Assembly: GCA_000166095.1 (NCBI GenBank)
Contig: CP002278.1
Coordinates: 918,717 to 982,716, forward strand
Source of the DNA: Methanothermus fervidus DSM 2088
GTDB taxonomy: Archaea; Methanobacteriota; Methanobacteria; DSM-2088; Methanothermaceae
DNA: 64,000 bases
Reading direction: 5' to 3'
Below the pieces are notes generated by a model that made no database searches, was not told the DNA's origin, and saw only the letters and a program-made list of their open reading frames with translations. Every line of letters starts with the position of its first letter. Position 1 is the stretch's first letter. Of this stretch, positions 10,904-20,645 are shown one piece after another. The position numbers and the translations under genes were made by a program.

Positions 10904-11918
10904 GACTATACATGAAAGATCTGGTAAAGAAACTAGAGAATTAATATTTAATGAAGAAAAATGCAATGTTTGTGGCCTTTGTGAAAAAATTTGCCCTGTT
11001 AACGCTATTGAGGTATCTCCTCCTGGTGCAGTAGTTAGGGAAGAAAACATATCAAAATTAATTCTAGATGAAGACAAATGCGTACTTTGTGGTATGTGTA
11101 GTTCTATATGTCCATATGATGCATTAGATTTACAAATTGACAAAAAATCTATCAAAGATATTCCTGAATATCCTACTTTAATAAAATCTTCTGAAATTGA
11201 TGAAGAAAAATGCATATATTGTAAATCATGTGAAATAGTTTGCCCCCAAGGAGCTATTACAATAACAAGAGAACTTCCTGAAAGATCTGAATTAGTGACA
11301 GGGGAAATTGAAATAGATAAAGATAAATGTATATTCTGTGGTGTTTGTGAGGAAATGTGTCCAGCAGCAGCTATAGAAATAGAATGGAAAGAACCTACAT
11401 CTATTGATCCATCAACTGCTAACGATATACGGGTAGATGAGAAAAAATGTGTATATTGTATGATTTGTAAAAGAGTTTGTCCTGTAAATGCAATAAAAGT
11501 GATATGTAAAGTTTGTCCATACGGAGAATACGAAATAAAAGAACCAGAAATAAAAGGAAGTACATATATAGACTCAGAATTATGTGTTAATTGTGGATGG
11601 TGTCAGGAAACATGTCCAGTTGATGCTATAAAAATTGAGAAACCATTTGAAGGAACTGTGGAAATAAATGAGGAATTATGTCAAGGATGTGCAACATGTG
11701 TCGAGGTATGTCCATGTAATGCATTATCATTCCCAAAACCATCAAAACCTGGAGAAAAACCACAAAAATTACACATAGAAGAAAAATTCTGTGTTTATTG
11801 TGGCGCTTGTGAAAAAGCTTGTCCAACAGATGCAATAAAAGTTAGGAGAACTAATATAAAACATACGCCAATATTATCAAAAGCTTGGAAAGTAAGATTC
11901 GACAGTCTAAAAGAATAA
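10893..11918 (+). CDS. fwdF: formylmethanofuran dehydrogenase subunit F (polyferredoxin, ~8 [4Fe-4S] motifs)
   Basis: Eight CxxCxxCxxxCP motifs; position and operon context; GGAGGT RBS. Confidence 0.8.
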   Translation: MEIETIHERSGKETRELIFNEEKCNVCGLCEKICPVNAIEVSPPGAVVREENISKLILDEDKCVLCGMCSSICPYDALDLQIDKKSIKDIPEYPTLIKSSEIDEEKCIYCKSCEIVCPQGAITITRELPERSELVTGEIEIDKDKCIFCGVCEEMCPAAAIEIEWKEPTSIDPSTANDIRVDEKKCVYCMICKRVCPVNAIKVICKVCPYGEYEIKEPEIKGSTYIDSELCVNCGWCQETCPVDAIKIEKPFEGTVEINEELCQGCATCVEVCPCNALSFPKPSKPGEKPQKLHIEEKFCVYCGACEKACPTDAIKVRRTNIKHTPILSKAWKVRFDSLKE

Positions 11919-11933
11919 AAGGAGGTTCTAAAA

Positions 11934-12182
11934 TTGGCATTGGAATTAAAAGTATATCCAGACCTTTGTCATGGTTGTGGAAATTGTGTTGTAGCCTGCC
12001 CTGTAAATGCATCAAATAATCCTGACGTTGCAGGAGGAAAAGGTCCAACAGAAGACAATAAATTGGTTATAATAGTTGAAGATGGAACTGTAACTATTTT
12101 AAATCCTGAATTGTGTGAAAAATGTGGAACATGCGTTGAATCTTGCCCTGTTGACGCAATAAGATTGGAGGAATCAAAATGA
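11934..12182 (+). CDS. fwdG: formylmethanofuran dehydrogenase subunit G (2x[4Fe-4S] ferredoxin)
   Basis: 82 aa, two CxxCxxCxxxCP motifs; TTG start after GGAGGT; operon position. Confidence 0.75.
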   Translation: MALELKVYPDLCHGCGNCVVACPVNASNNPDVAGGKGPTEDNKLVIIVEDGTVTILNPELCEKCGTCVESCPVDAIRLEESK

Positions 12183-12562
12183 AGGCAATATTAAATACAG
12201 GAAGGACAATATGGCAAGGACAGGCAATAGAAGCAGGTAAGGATTTAGATTTATATATAGATGCAGCAGCTGTTGTATATATGAATCGTGAAATGATGAA
12301 TGAATTAGGAGTAAAGGAAGGAGATAATGTTAAGGTCAAATCAAAATATGGAGAAGTAGTTGTTAAAGTTGTAGAAGCAAAAGAACCCTTACCAGAAGGG
12401 ATGATATATATTCCTATGGGTCCTTGGGCAAATAAGGTTGTTAGACCAAATACCGATTCTACTGCAACACCAAGTTTTAAAAATGTTCCTGTTGAAGTGG
12501 AACCAACTGATGAAGAAGTTCCCGACATGCCTACTTTAATGAAAACTTATGGAAAAGAATAG
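12179..12562 (+). CDS. fwdD: formylmethanofuran dehydrogenase subunit D (molybdopterin dinucleotide-binding barrel)
   Basis: 127 aa; ATGA overlap with fwdG; typical FwdD size and sequence. Confidence 0.8.
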   Translation: MKAILNTGRTIWQGQAIEAGKDLDLYIDAAAVVYMNREMMNELGVKEGDNVKVKSKYGEVVVKVVEAKEPLPEGMIYIPMGPWANKVVRPNTDSTATPSFKNVPVEVEPTDEEVPDMPTLMKTYGKE

Positions 12563-12575
12563 GGGTGAATTAAAA

Positions 12576-14315
12576 ATGGAATACATAATAAAGAATGGTT
12601 TTGTTTACTGTCCTTTAAATAATATTGACGGAGAAAAAATGGATATTTGTGTAAAAGATGGTAAAATTGTTGAAGATGTAAGTAGCGATGCCAAAATAAT
12701 AGATGCGAGCGGAAAAATAGTAATGCCTGGTGGTGTAGACCCACATGCACATTTAGCTGGAGGAAAAGTAAACGTTGGACGAATGTATCGTCCTGAAGAT
12801 AGTAGACGGGATGTTGAACCTAAAATTAAAGGAGGAAGATCTGGTAGTGGATTTTCAGTGCCTTCAACTTTTATGGCTGGATATAGATTCGCACGTATGG
12901 GTTATACAACTGTAATGGAAGCTGCAATGCCTCCTTTATTAGCAAGACATACACATGAAGAATTCCATGATACTCCAATCGTTGACCATGCTGCATATCC
13001 GCTATTTGGTAACAATTGGTTTGTAATGGAATATTTAAAAGAAGGTGATATAGACTCATGTGCAGCATATGTGTCTTGGTTGTTAGAAGCAACAAAAGGA
13101 TATACCATTAAAATTGTAAATCCTGGAGGAACTGAAGCTTGGGGATGGGGAGGTAACGTACATAGTTTGGATGATCCAGTACCTTATTTTGAGATTACAC
13201 CAAGAGAAATAATAAGAGGTCTTGCTGAAGTAAATGAAAAACTTCAACTACCACATTCAATACACTTACACTGCAACAATTTAGGACATCCTGGCAATTA
13301 TGAAACTACTCTTGAATCATTCGAAGTTCCTAAAGGTATAAAACCAAATCCTGCTACAGGAGAAAGAGATACAGTTATTTATGCAACTCACGTCCAATTC
13401 CATAGTTATGGTGGAACAACATGGAGAGATTTTGAGTCAGAGGCTCCAAAAATAGCTGATTATGTGAATAAACATGATCATATAATTATAGATGTTGGTC
13501 AAGTGACTCTTGATGAAACAACTACAATGACAGCCGACGGACCAATGGAATATGATTTACATTCATTAAATGGTTTAAAATGGGCAAATTGCGATGTTGA
13601 ACTAGAAACAGGTTCTGGAGTAGTTCCATTCATATATTCACCTAAAGCTCCAGTGCCTTCAGTACAATGGAGTATTGGTCTAGAGTTGTTTTTACTAATA
13701 AAAGATGCAAGTAAAGTATGCCTAACAACAGATCATCCTAATGGAGGACCATTTACAAGATATCCACGAATTATTGCATGGTTAATGAGTAATGAATACA
13801 GAACAAAATATATAGAGGAAAAAGTTCATAATTGGGCTCAAAGAAGAGGAAACATTGCGACAATTGATAGAGAATATACATTCTTTGAAGTAGCACAAGT
13901 TACTAGAGCTACTGCAGCAAAAGTTTTAGGATTAAGTGAAAATAAGGGACATCTAGGTGTTGGTGCAGATGCTGACATTGCTATTTATGACATAAATCCA
14001 GAAGAGATAGATCCATCAAAAGATTATATGGAAATTGAAAAAGGATTTTCACGAGCCTCATATGTTTTAAAAGATGGAAAAATCGTAGTTAAAGATGGAA
14101 AAGTTGTTAGACCAAGATTACATGGTAGAACTTACTGGTCCAAGAGTAGAATAGAAAATGAAGACATCGTTGAAGAAGTAATGAAAGATGTCAAAGAAAG
14201 ATTTAGACAATATTACTCAGTGAATTTTGATAACTACCCTGTTCAAAAAGCATACTTCCCACGTTTAGTTGCAGTTGAAGGTGCTAATTCACATATCCCC
14301 TTGCCTTCTGTATGA
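12576..14315 (+). CDS. fwdA: formylmethanofuran dehydrogenase subunit A (amidohydrolase fold)
   Basis: Metal-binding GGVDPHAHL near N-terminus; ~570 aa; start refined to ATG 12576 after GGGGTGA. Confidence 0.85.
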   Translation: MEYIIKNGFVYCPLNNIDGEKMDICVKDGKIVEDVSSDAKIIDASGKIVMPGGVDPHAHLAGGKVNVGRMYRPEDSRRDVEPKIKGGRSGSGFSVPSTFMAGYRFARMGYTTVMEAAMPPLLARHTHEEFHDTPIVDHAAYPLFGNNWFVMEYLKEGDIDSCAAYVSWLLEATKGYTIKIVNPGGTEAWGWGGNVHSLDDPVPYFEITPREIIRGLAEVNEKLQLPHSIHLHCNNLGHPGNYETTLESFEVPKGIKPNPATGERDTVIYATHVQFHSYGGTTWRDFESEAPKIADYVNKHDHIIIDVGQVTLDETTTMTADGPMEYDLHSLNGLKWANCDVELETGSGVVPFIYSPKAPVPSVQWSIGLELFLLIKDASKVCLTTDHPNGGPFTRYPRIIAWLMSNEYRTKYIEEKVHNWAQRRGNIATIDREYTFFEVAQVTRATAAKVLGLSENKGHLGVGADADIAIYDINPEEIDPSKDYMEIEKGFSRASYVLKDGKIVVKDGKVVRPRLHGRTYWSKSRIENEDIVEEVMKDVKERFRQYYSVNFDNYPVQKAYFPRLVAVEGANSHIPLPSV

Positions 14316-14325
14316 GGTGATATTC

Positions 14326-15138
14326 ATGAAAGAATTAATATTAGTTCCAAAAGATCAGCCAGAAGTACCACTTGAAGCTCCTGTAATAAAACCAGATGTT
14401 TTTGCAGGTAAAAAGATAAAAGAAATTGAAGAATTAGAAATTAGACAAGGTAATACAGTGGTAAAATTATCAGAGTTTTTTGATGTCAGTGGTAAAACTT
14501 CAGAAAATCCAAATGAATTACGAATAGTTATAGATGGCGATGCAAACAGGACAAAAAGAATAGGTGAAGAAATGAAAAGCGGTGAAATCATTGTCAATGG
14601 CGATGTGAACATGTATGTAGGAGCAGCGATGAGAGGTGGAAGGATTGTTGTTAATGGCAACGCAGATTCATGGGCAGGTCAAAATATGCAAGGTGGAGAA
14701 TTAATAATCAAAGGAGATGCTGGAGATTATTTAGGTTCTGCCTACCGTGGCGACTGGAGAGGCATGAAAGGTGGTACAATAATTGTTCATGGAAATGTTG
14801 GAAATGAAATAGCAGAATATATGCGTGGAGGAAAAATAATAGTCAAAGGAAATGCAAATATAATGCCAGGAATACATATGAATAACGGACTTTTAATCAT
14901 TGAAGGAGATGTAGTAGCAAGAGTCGGAGCTGAAATGTTAGGAGGAACCATTGTAGTTAAAGGTGTTATAGAGGAATTTTTACCAGGATTTGAATATTTA
15001 GGAGTTGAAAAAGATATCAATGTCCAAAATGAGTCAATTTCTGGTTTATATTATAAATTTAGAGGAGATTATGCTGTTAAAGGTGCGAAAGGAATTGTTT
15101 ATGCCGCTGTCGGAAAAAACGACCATATAATACCTTAA
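14326..15138 (+). CDS. fwdC: formylmethanofuran dehydrogenase subunit C (GXGXG beta-helix repeats)
   Basis: Repeated G-x-x-(I/V)-x-(V/I)-x-G-(N/D) motifs; start refined to ATG 14326 after GGTGA. Confidence 0.85.
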   Translation: MKELILVPKDQPEVPLEAPVIKPDVFAGKKIKEIEELEIRQGNTVVKLSEFFDVSGKTSENPNELRIVIDGDANRTKRIGEEMKSGEIIVNGDVNMYVGAAMRGGRIVVNGNADSWAGQNMQGGELIIKGDAGDYLGSAYRGDWRGMKGGTIIVHGNVGNEIAEYMRGGKIIVKGNANIMPGIHMNNGLLIIEGDVVARVGAEMLGGTIVVKGVIEEFLPGFEYLGVEKDINVQNESISGLYYKFRGDYAVKGAKGIVYAAVGKNDHIIP

Positions 15139-15154
15139 AAGGAGGTTTTATAAA

Positions 15155-16453
15155 TTGAAATTAGTTAAAAATGTTGTATGTCCATTCTGTGGAACTTTAT
15201 GTGATGATATAATTGTAAAAGTAGAAGGAAATGAAATTGTTGGAACAATGAATGCCTGCCGTATTGGTCACAACAAATTTGTTCATACGGAAGGTGCAAC
15301 ACGTTATAAAAAACCATTGATGAAAAAAAATGGTAAATGGGTCGAAATTAGTTATGAAGAAGCAATTGAAAAGACAGCAGAAATCTTGGCAGAATCAAAA
15401 AGACCTTTACTTTATGGGTGGAGTTGTACTTCATGTGAAGCTCACAGTGTAGGTCTGGAACTTGCTGAAGAATGTGGTGCTGTTATAGATAACACAGCGT
15501 CAGTATGTCATGGTCCTTCAATCCTTGCTGTTCAGGATGTTGGATATCCTATTTGTACACTTGGAGAAGTAAAAAATAGAGCAGATGTCGTAGTTTATTG
15601 GGGTTGCAATCCAATGCATGCACATCCTCGACATTTATCACGCCATGTATTCTCAAGAGGATTTTTCAGAGATAGAGGTAGAGTTGATAGAACTTTAATA
15701 GTTGTGGATCCAAGAAAAACAGATACTGCAAAATTAGCAGATATACATTTACAAGTTGAATATAATAGGGATTATGAATTAATAGATGCCATGAGAACAA
15801 TGATTCAAGGACATGACATACTTTATGATGAAGTAGCAGGAGTACCTAAAGATCTAATTGAAGAAGCCGTCGAAACAATGAAAAATGCACAATTTGGTAT
15901 ATTATTCTTTGGTATGGGGCTTACTCACAGCCGAGGTAAACATAGGAACATAGATACAGCAATAATGATGGTTGAGGATCTAAACGATTATGCAAAATTC
16001 AATCTTATACCTATGCGAGGTCACTACAATGTCACAGGATTCAATCAAGTAGCTGCTTGGGAAAGTGGTTATCCATACTGTGTAGATTTTTCAACAGATG
16101 TTCCAAGATACAATCCTGGAGAAACTGGTGCAAATGATTTACTTCAAAATAAAGAAGCAGACGCAATGATGGTTGTTGCATCTGATCCTGGAGCACATTT
16201 CCCACAAAAAGCAATAGAAAGGATGGCAGAGATACCACTAATTGCTATAGAACCACACCGAACACCAACAACAGAGTTAGCAGATATAATAATACCTCCA
16301 GCTATTGTTGGACTTGAAGCTGAAGGAAGTGCATATAGAATGGAAGGAGTACCATTGAGAATGAAAAAAGTTGTTGATACTGATTTACCATCTGATGAAG
16401 AAATATTGAAAGATATACTTAAGAAAGTAAGAGAAATAAAGTCAGGTAAATAA
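15155..16453 (+). CDS. fwdB: formylmethanofuran dehydrogenase subunit B (tungstopterin-binding catalytic subunit), cysteine form
   Basis: N-terminal CPFCGTLCDD cluster motif; Cys at residue 118 (NTASVCHGPS) where the metal ligand sits; no in-frame TGA; TTG start after GGAGGT. Confidence 0.85.
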   Translation: MKLVKNVVCPFCGTLCDDIIVKVEGNEIVGTMNACRIGHNKFVHTEGATRYKKPLMKKNGKWVEISYEEAIEKTAEILAESKRPLLYGWSCTSCEAHSVGLELAEECGAVIDNTASVCHGPSILAVQDVGYPICTLGEVKNRADVVVYWGCNPMHAHPRHLSRHVFSRGFFRDRGRVDRTLIVVDPRKTDTAKLADIHLQVEYNRDYELIDAMRTMIQGHDILYDEVAGVPKDLIEEAVETMKNAQFGILFFGMGLTHSRGKHRNIDTAIMMVEDLNDYAKFNLIPMRGHYNVTGFNQVAAWESGYPYCVDFSTDVPRYNPGETGANDLLQNKEADAMMVVASDPGAHFPQKAIERMAEIPLIAIEPHRTPTTELADIIIPPAIVGLEAEGSAYRMEGVPLRMKKVVDTDLPSDEEILKDILKKVREIKSGK

Positions 16454-16461
16454 CCCCTTCC

Positions 16462-17514
16462 CTATTTTTTTTCTATTATATGTACAGCAGAAGCTTTAAA
16501 TTGTATCCAAACTTCAGATCCTTTTTTAATTTCTAAATCTTCAAAAGATTTTTTGGTTAAATAAACATGGAAAATTTCTCCAACATCTACTATTAATTCC
16601 ACAAGAGGACTACTATGTATCACATCGATAACATGTCCTTTAAATTCATTTAATGCACTAGTTCCAACCTTTTTCTTGGAAATTGTTATATCTTCTGGTC
16701 TTACAGTTACACACACTTTACCTTTGGCACTGTTTTTCTCTGCGGCTGTAATTTTTATATTACCTGTGTCAACAATAGTTAGATCACCTTTTTTATATGC
16801 ATTTCCAAATATTAGGTTTTTTACTCCGACAAAATTCGCTATAAATTCATTTTTAGGTTTTCTAAATATTTCTTCAGGCGTGCCCACTTGTAGAATTTTT
16901 CCATCTTTCATGATCCCAATTCTGTCTGCTAAAGCTAAAGCCTCTTTAAAATTATGTGTTACATGTAGTACACTAATATTAAATCTTTCATGCATTCTTT
17001 TTAATTCCACCATTAGTTCGTCTCGGATTCTTTCATCCAAAGCACTCAAAGGTTCGTCTAAAAGTAATATTTTTGGTTCTATGATTAATGCTCTTGCAAG
17101 AGCAACTCTTTGTTTTTCACCACCACTAAGAGTTCTTGGATATCTATGTAGTAGATGTTTTATCCCCAGAAGTTCAGCAATTTTTTTAACTTTTTTATCA
17201 ATGTCGTTTTCTCCACGTACTTCCAAACCAAATGCTATATTTTCATGTACATTCTTATGTGGAAATAACATGTAATCTTGATACACAATACTTATATTTC
17301 TTTTTTCTGGAGGCAGGTATGTAACATCCCTTCCATCTATTATTATTTCACCAGAATCTGGGAACTCTACCCCAGCTATTAATTCTAAAAGTAATGTTTT
17401 CCCTGCACCAGAAGGGCCTAGTATAATAAAATACTCACCATCATTAACTTTTAAATTTATATTTTTTAATTTGAATTCTTTCCAATCTTTATTTATATTT
17501 TTCAATTCAATCAT
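16462..17514 (-). CDS. wtpC: tungstate/molybdate ABC transporter ATP-binding protein with C-terminal TOBE/Mop domain
   Basis: Walker A GPSGAGKT, signature LSGGEKQRVALARAL, Walker B LLLDEP; ~100-aa C-terminal extension; operon with permease and WtpA. Confidence 0.8.
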   Translation of the reverse strand: MIELKNINKDWKEFKLKNINLKVNDGEYFIILGPSGAGKTLLLELIAGVEFPDSGEIIIDGRDVTYLPPEKRNISIVYQDYMLFPHKNVHENIAFGLEVRGENDIDKKVKKIAELLGIKHLLHRYPRTLSGGEKQRVALARALIIEPKILLLDEPLSALDERIRDELMVELKRMHERFNISVLHVTHNFKEALALADRIGIMKDGKILQVGTPEEIFRKPKNEFIANFVGVKNLIFGNAYKKGDLTIVDTGNIKITAAEKNSAKGKVCVTVRPEDITISKKKVGTSALNEFKGHVIDVIHSSPLVELIVDVGEIFHVYLTKKSFEDLEIKKGSEVWIQFKASAVHIIEKK

Positions 17515-18281
17515 CTTTTTTCACCTATCAGTGCTCTCATTATAATAAATACTGCGAGACATATCAATATTAGTACAACTGCAACTGGCCTGGCTGAATT
17601 AAGACCAAAATTGACAAATCTGTCATAAATCAATGTGGGTGCTATCATTGGATAATATGCTAAAACAATAACTGCACCAAATTCACTTATTGCTCTTGCC
17701 CAAGTCATTATACAGCCAACAGCTATGTTTCTAATGGTTAATGGTAGAGTTATTGTAAAAAATGTTTTAAAACTACTTGCACCTAAAGTTCTAGCAACTT
17801 TTTCTAATTTTGGATCTACAGATTCGAATCCTTCCCTTACAGAATTTATCATGAATGGAACACTTACAAACAACATTGCAATTATTATACCGGGCATTGA
17901 GTCTACAAACACTAAACCTATCTTATTGAACATTGGACCAAGCAATCCTCTAGGTGCAAAAACTGTTAATAATGCTATTCCACTTACTGTATGTGGTATT
18001 ACAACGGGTACATCGATAATTGCCTCAATAAAACCTTTCCCATAAAAATCATACCTTGCTAATACATAAGAAAGAGGTACACCGAAAATTAATGCAATTA
18101 ATGTAGCAACTAATGCACAGTATATACTTACAGATATTGCGGTTATCACTTCATTTTCAAGAGCTGTATGTGCAATCTTTACAGGATTTTCAGATAATAT
18201 CATCGATGCTATTGGAATAACTATGAATGCTACTAAAAACAAGCCTAAAGATATGAAAAATATTTTCATGTAATCTTTCAT
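17511..18281 (-). CDS. wtpB: tungstate/molybdate ABC transporter permease
   Basis: Six predicted TM helices; overlaps wtpC start by 4 nt. Confidence 0.8.
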   Translation of the reverse strand: MKDYMKIFFISLGLFLVAFIVIPIASMILSENPVKIAHTALENEVITAISVSIYCALVATLIALIFGVPLSYVLARYDFYGKGFIEAIIDVPVVIPHTVSGIALLTVFAPRGLLGPMFNKIGLVFVDSMPGIIIAMLFVSVPFMINSVREGFESVDPKLEKVARTLGASSFKTFFTITLPLTIRNIAVGCIMTWARAISEFGAVIVLAYYPMIAPTLIYDRFVNFGLNSARPVAVVLILICLAVFIIMRALIGEKR

Positions 18282-18318
18282 TTTTTTGTGCCTCCAAAAA
18301 TTAAAAAAAGGAGAAAAA

Positions 18319-19347
18319 TTATTTTTTAGGTACTACAAAATTTCTTAATAGAGGTGGTATCTTGGAAATATCAACGGTTGACACTGCTGGTACTATTGGT
18401 TCCTGGTAATTTCTTTTGAGAACTTCTTGTCCATCTCTACTTAATAGAAATTGAACGAATTTTTCAGCTAAGTCTTTATGTTTGGAATTATTAACAACTG
18501 TTATTCCATACACAATTGGTTTAAGCTTTACAACTTGTTTTTTTGTATCTGCATATTGTACTAAACTAATTTTTTTGTATTCTTTTTCATATTTTGTTGA
18601 TTTTAAATTTAATTTTTCTGGTAATTCTACATATTTTAGTTTGTGTTGCATTGCTACACTCTTATAGATGATTAGATAATCTATTTGGCCTGATTCAAGT
18701 GCAGATACTAAATCAACTTCCTTAGGACGTATCATAACTTTTTTATCTGGTTTAAGATCTGAAGGTGCATACACAACATACCCACTATCATTTGCAACAG
18801 AAGTTATGCTTGTATGTTTAGCAATAAGATTTTCAAAAATCGTATCATTATTGTAATATTTGTTTGCTAATTGTATCATCATCACTGCTCTATAACCACA
18901 TGGATCTAAGTTAGGATTACTAAATCCATATTTTACATCTGGTCTCTGAAAGATTTGATACCAATTCTCACCATTTATTTCATTTTTATATTTACTCTTA
19001 TCTGTGTAGGCTATAACTAACTCATTTCTAGCAAATTGGATGTTCCAAGTTGCATATTTTGGTATCATCCTTTTATCAATTAAATCATAATCAGCTACAG
19101 CAACGATGTCACCAGGTTTTTTTAAATCCGTTATTTGCCTAATTGCCTCAGCACTACCATGTGATTCTATTTCAATTTTTACATCAGGATTTCTGTTTTC
19201 AAATTCTTTGGCAGCATCAGTAAGAGGTTTAGCCAAACTACCAGCGCAATATATTTTTAGAGTAGTTTTATGGCTTTGTTGATATGCAAGTACTCCAACA
19301 CCTAATACTGCCAAAATGATTATTATTATTGCAATTTTCTTGTACAT
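18319..19347 (-). CDS. wtpA: tungstate/molybdate substrate-binding protein (archaeal WtpA type)
   Basis: N-terminal TM/signal anchor then LKIYCAGSLAKPL motif typical of ModA/WtpA family. Confidence 0.75.
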   Translation of the reverse strand: MYKKIAIIIIILAVLGVGVLAYQQSHKTTLKIYCAGSLAKPLTDAAKEFENRNPDVKIEIESHGSAEAIRQITDLKKPGDIVAVADYDLIDKRMIPKYATWNIQFARNELVIAYTDKSKYKNEINGENWYQIFQRPDVKYGFSNPNLDPCGYRAVMMIQLANKYYNNDTIFENLIAKHTSITSVANDSGYVVYAPSDLKPDKKVMIRPKEVDLVSALESGQIDYLIIYKSVAMQHKLKYVELPEKLNLKSTKYEKEYKKISLVQYADTKKQVVKLKPIVYGITVVNNSKHKDLAEKFVQFLLSRDGQEVLKRNYQEPIVPAVSTVDISKIPPLLRNFVVPKK

Positions 19348-19410
19348 TTCTTCACCTCCTGCATGTCATGTTAAGTTACTTTATACGATAGATTTAATAT
19401 ATGCATTTCG

Positions 19411-19441
19411 TCTTTAATAAAGTAAGAAAGATTATTAAAGA
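19411..19441. promoter_or_regulatory. 10-bp perfect inverted repeat TCTTTAATAA-n11-TTATTAAAGA in wtpA upstream / cfbD downstream spacer (operator or terminator hairpin)
   Basis: read directly; AT-rich so chance occurrence not excluded. Confidence 0.3.
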
Positions 19442-19449
19442 TATAAAAA

Positions 19450-20637
19450 CTAAGTTTTAATATTTTTTAAAATCGTTCTTGCAATTTCTCTTGCTCCATC
19501 CCATCCCATGGTTTTAGCTTGTCCATGCATTACATCCACAACAGGTATTTTATATGTAAAAGAAAAACTTAATTCATTTGCTCCACCTAAAATTATATCA
19601 ACGTCTGTATCTTTCAAACGCTTTTCTATTTGGATTAAATCAGGTTCTATCAAAATTTCAGGTTCAAAATTGGTGTTGGATAATACAGTATTAAGATGTT
19701 TTAAGGTCTTTTCACCCACTAAATCTATAGATATAAGGACAGGCTCCATACCTAACTCTATTATAAAGTCTGTTAATGCTACAGCTCTAGTTGGTCCAGA
19801 AATTATAGCTACTTTACATCCTTTTAAATTTTTTATCAATTTATCCTTAATTTCTTTAAATTCAGCATATTCCTTTTCTAAAGGATAATCTATATCAAAA
19901 AAATCCAATATTTTATTGAAAAAGCGATAAGTATTATTAAAACCTATAGGGAATGGATAATCAATGAATTCCATCCCAAATTTCTTTTTTAAAAATTTGG
20001 ATGGTTTTATTGCAGATATATCACAAAATGAGTAATTTAGGTTGGCTTTAGTTAAATTTCTTATTTCCCTTATATTACATCCAGAAGTCAAAACACAGTT
20101 TACTCCAATTCCCATTTTTTTAAGTTCGTTTTTTAAATGTTTAAGATCTGGTCCGCCTCTATACATGCCAATGAAATTTATTAATGGTTTATCACTTTTT
20201 TTACAAGGTTTAACAAGCTCTTTAATTAAAGTCATTATGGTATCTTCATATCCTTCATTTTGCCTTGCTTCAAATCCTCCAGCACTTACAGCAATTATTT
20301 CTGCATTTATTTCATTTTTTATTTCCTTTACTACCCTGAAAACATCTTCACCAATGATACTTGTTGAGCAAGATGTAAGTACAGCTATCAAATCAGGCTT
20401 ATAATATTTGTCAACTTTAACAATCGTATCTTTTAACTTTTTTTCAGCGCCAAAAACTACATCTTCCTGAGAAAGTTGTGTAGAGCATATTTTTACTTTT
20501 GAACCGCCCCTTAATGTTAGAAGATATCTCATGTGGTATGCACAACCAACAGGGCCATGAACAATAGGTATAGCATTTTTTATTCCCAGTATTGTTTTAA
20601 TAGCTCCAAACAATTTACAGGTATGCATAGGTTCCAT
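19450..20637 (-). CDS. cfbD: nitrogenase NifD/NifK-like protein, probable Ni-sirohydrochlorin a,c-diamide reductive cyclase component CfbD (NflD), F430 biosynthesis
   Basis: N-terminal C..GA......IVHGPVGC motif of nitrogenase component-1 family; ~395 aa; no nif context. Confidence 0.5.
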   Translation of the reverse strand: MEPMHTCKLFGAIKTILGIKNAIPIVHGPVGCAYHMRYLLTLRGGSKVKICSTQLSQEDVVFGAEKKLKDTIVKVDKYYKPDLIAVLTSCSTSIIGEDVFRVVKEIKNEINAEIIAVSAGGFEARQNEGYEDTIMTLIKELVKPCKKSDKPLINFIGMYRGGPDLKHLKNELKKMGIGVNCVLTSGCNIREIRNLTKANLNYSFCDISAIKPSKFLKKKFGMEFIDYPFPIGFNNTYRFFNKILDFFDIDYPLEKEYAEFKEIKDKLIKNLKGCKVAIISGPTRAVALTDFIIELGMEPVLISIDLVGEKTLKHLNTVLSNTNFEPEILIEPDLIQIEKRLKDTDVDIILGGANELSFSFTYKIPVVDVMHGQAKTMGWDGAREIARTILKNIKT

Positions 20638-20645
20638 TTTTACAC

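Noticed and set aside
15155-16453. Possible selenocysteine (in-frame TGA) in fwdB or frhA
   Set aside because: Both reading frames are uninterrupted and carry Cys codons at the expected Sec positions. No recoding is needed.
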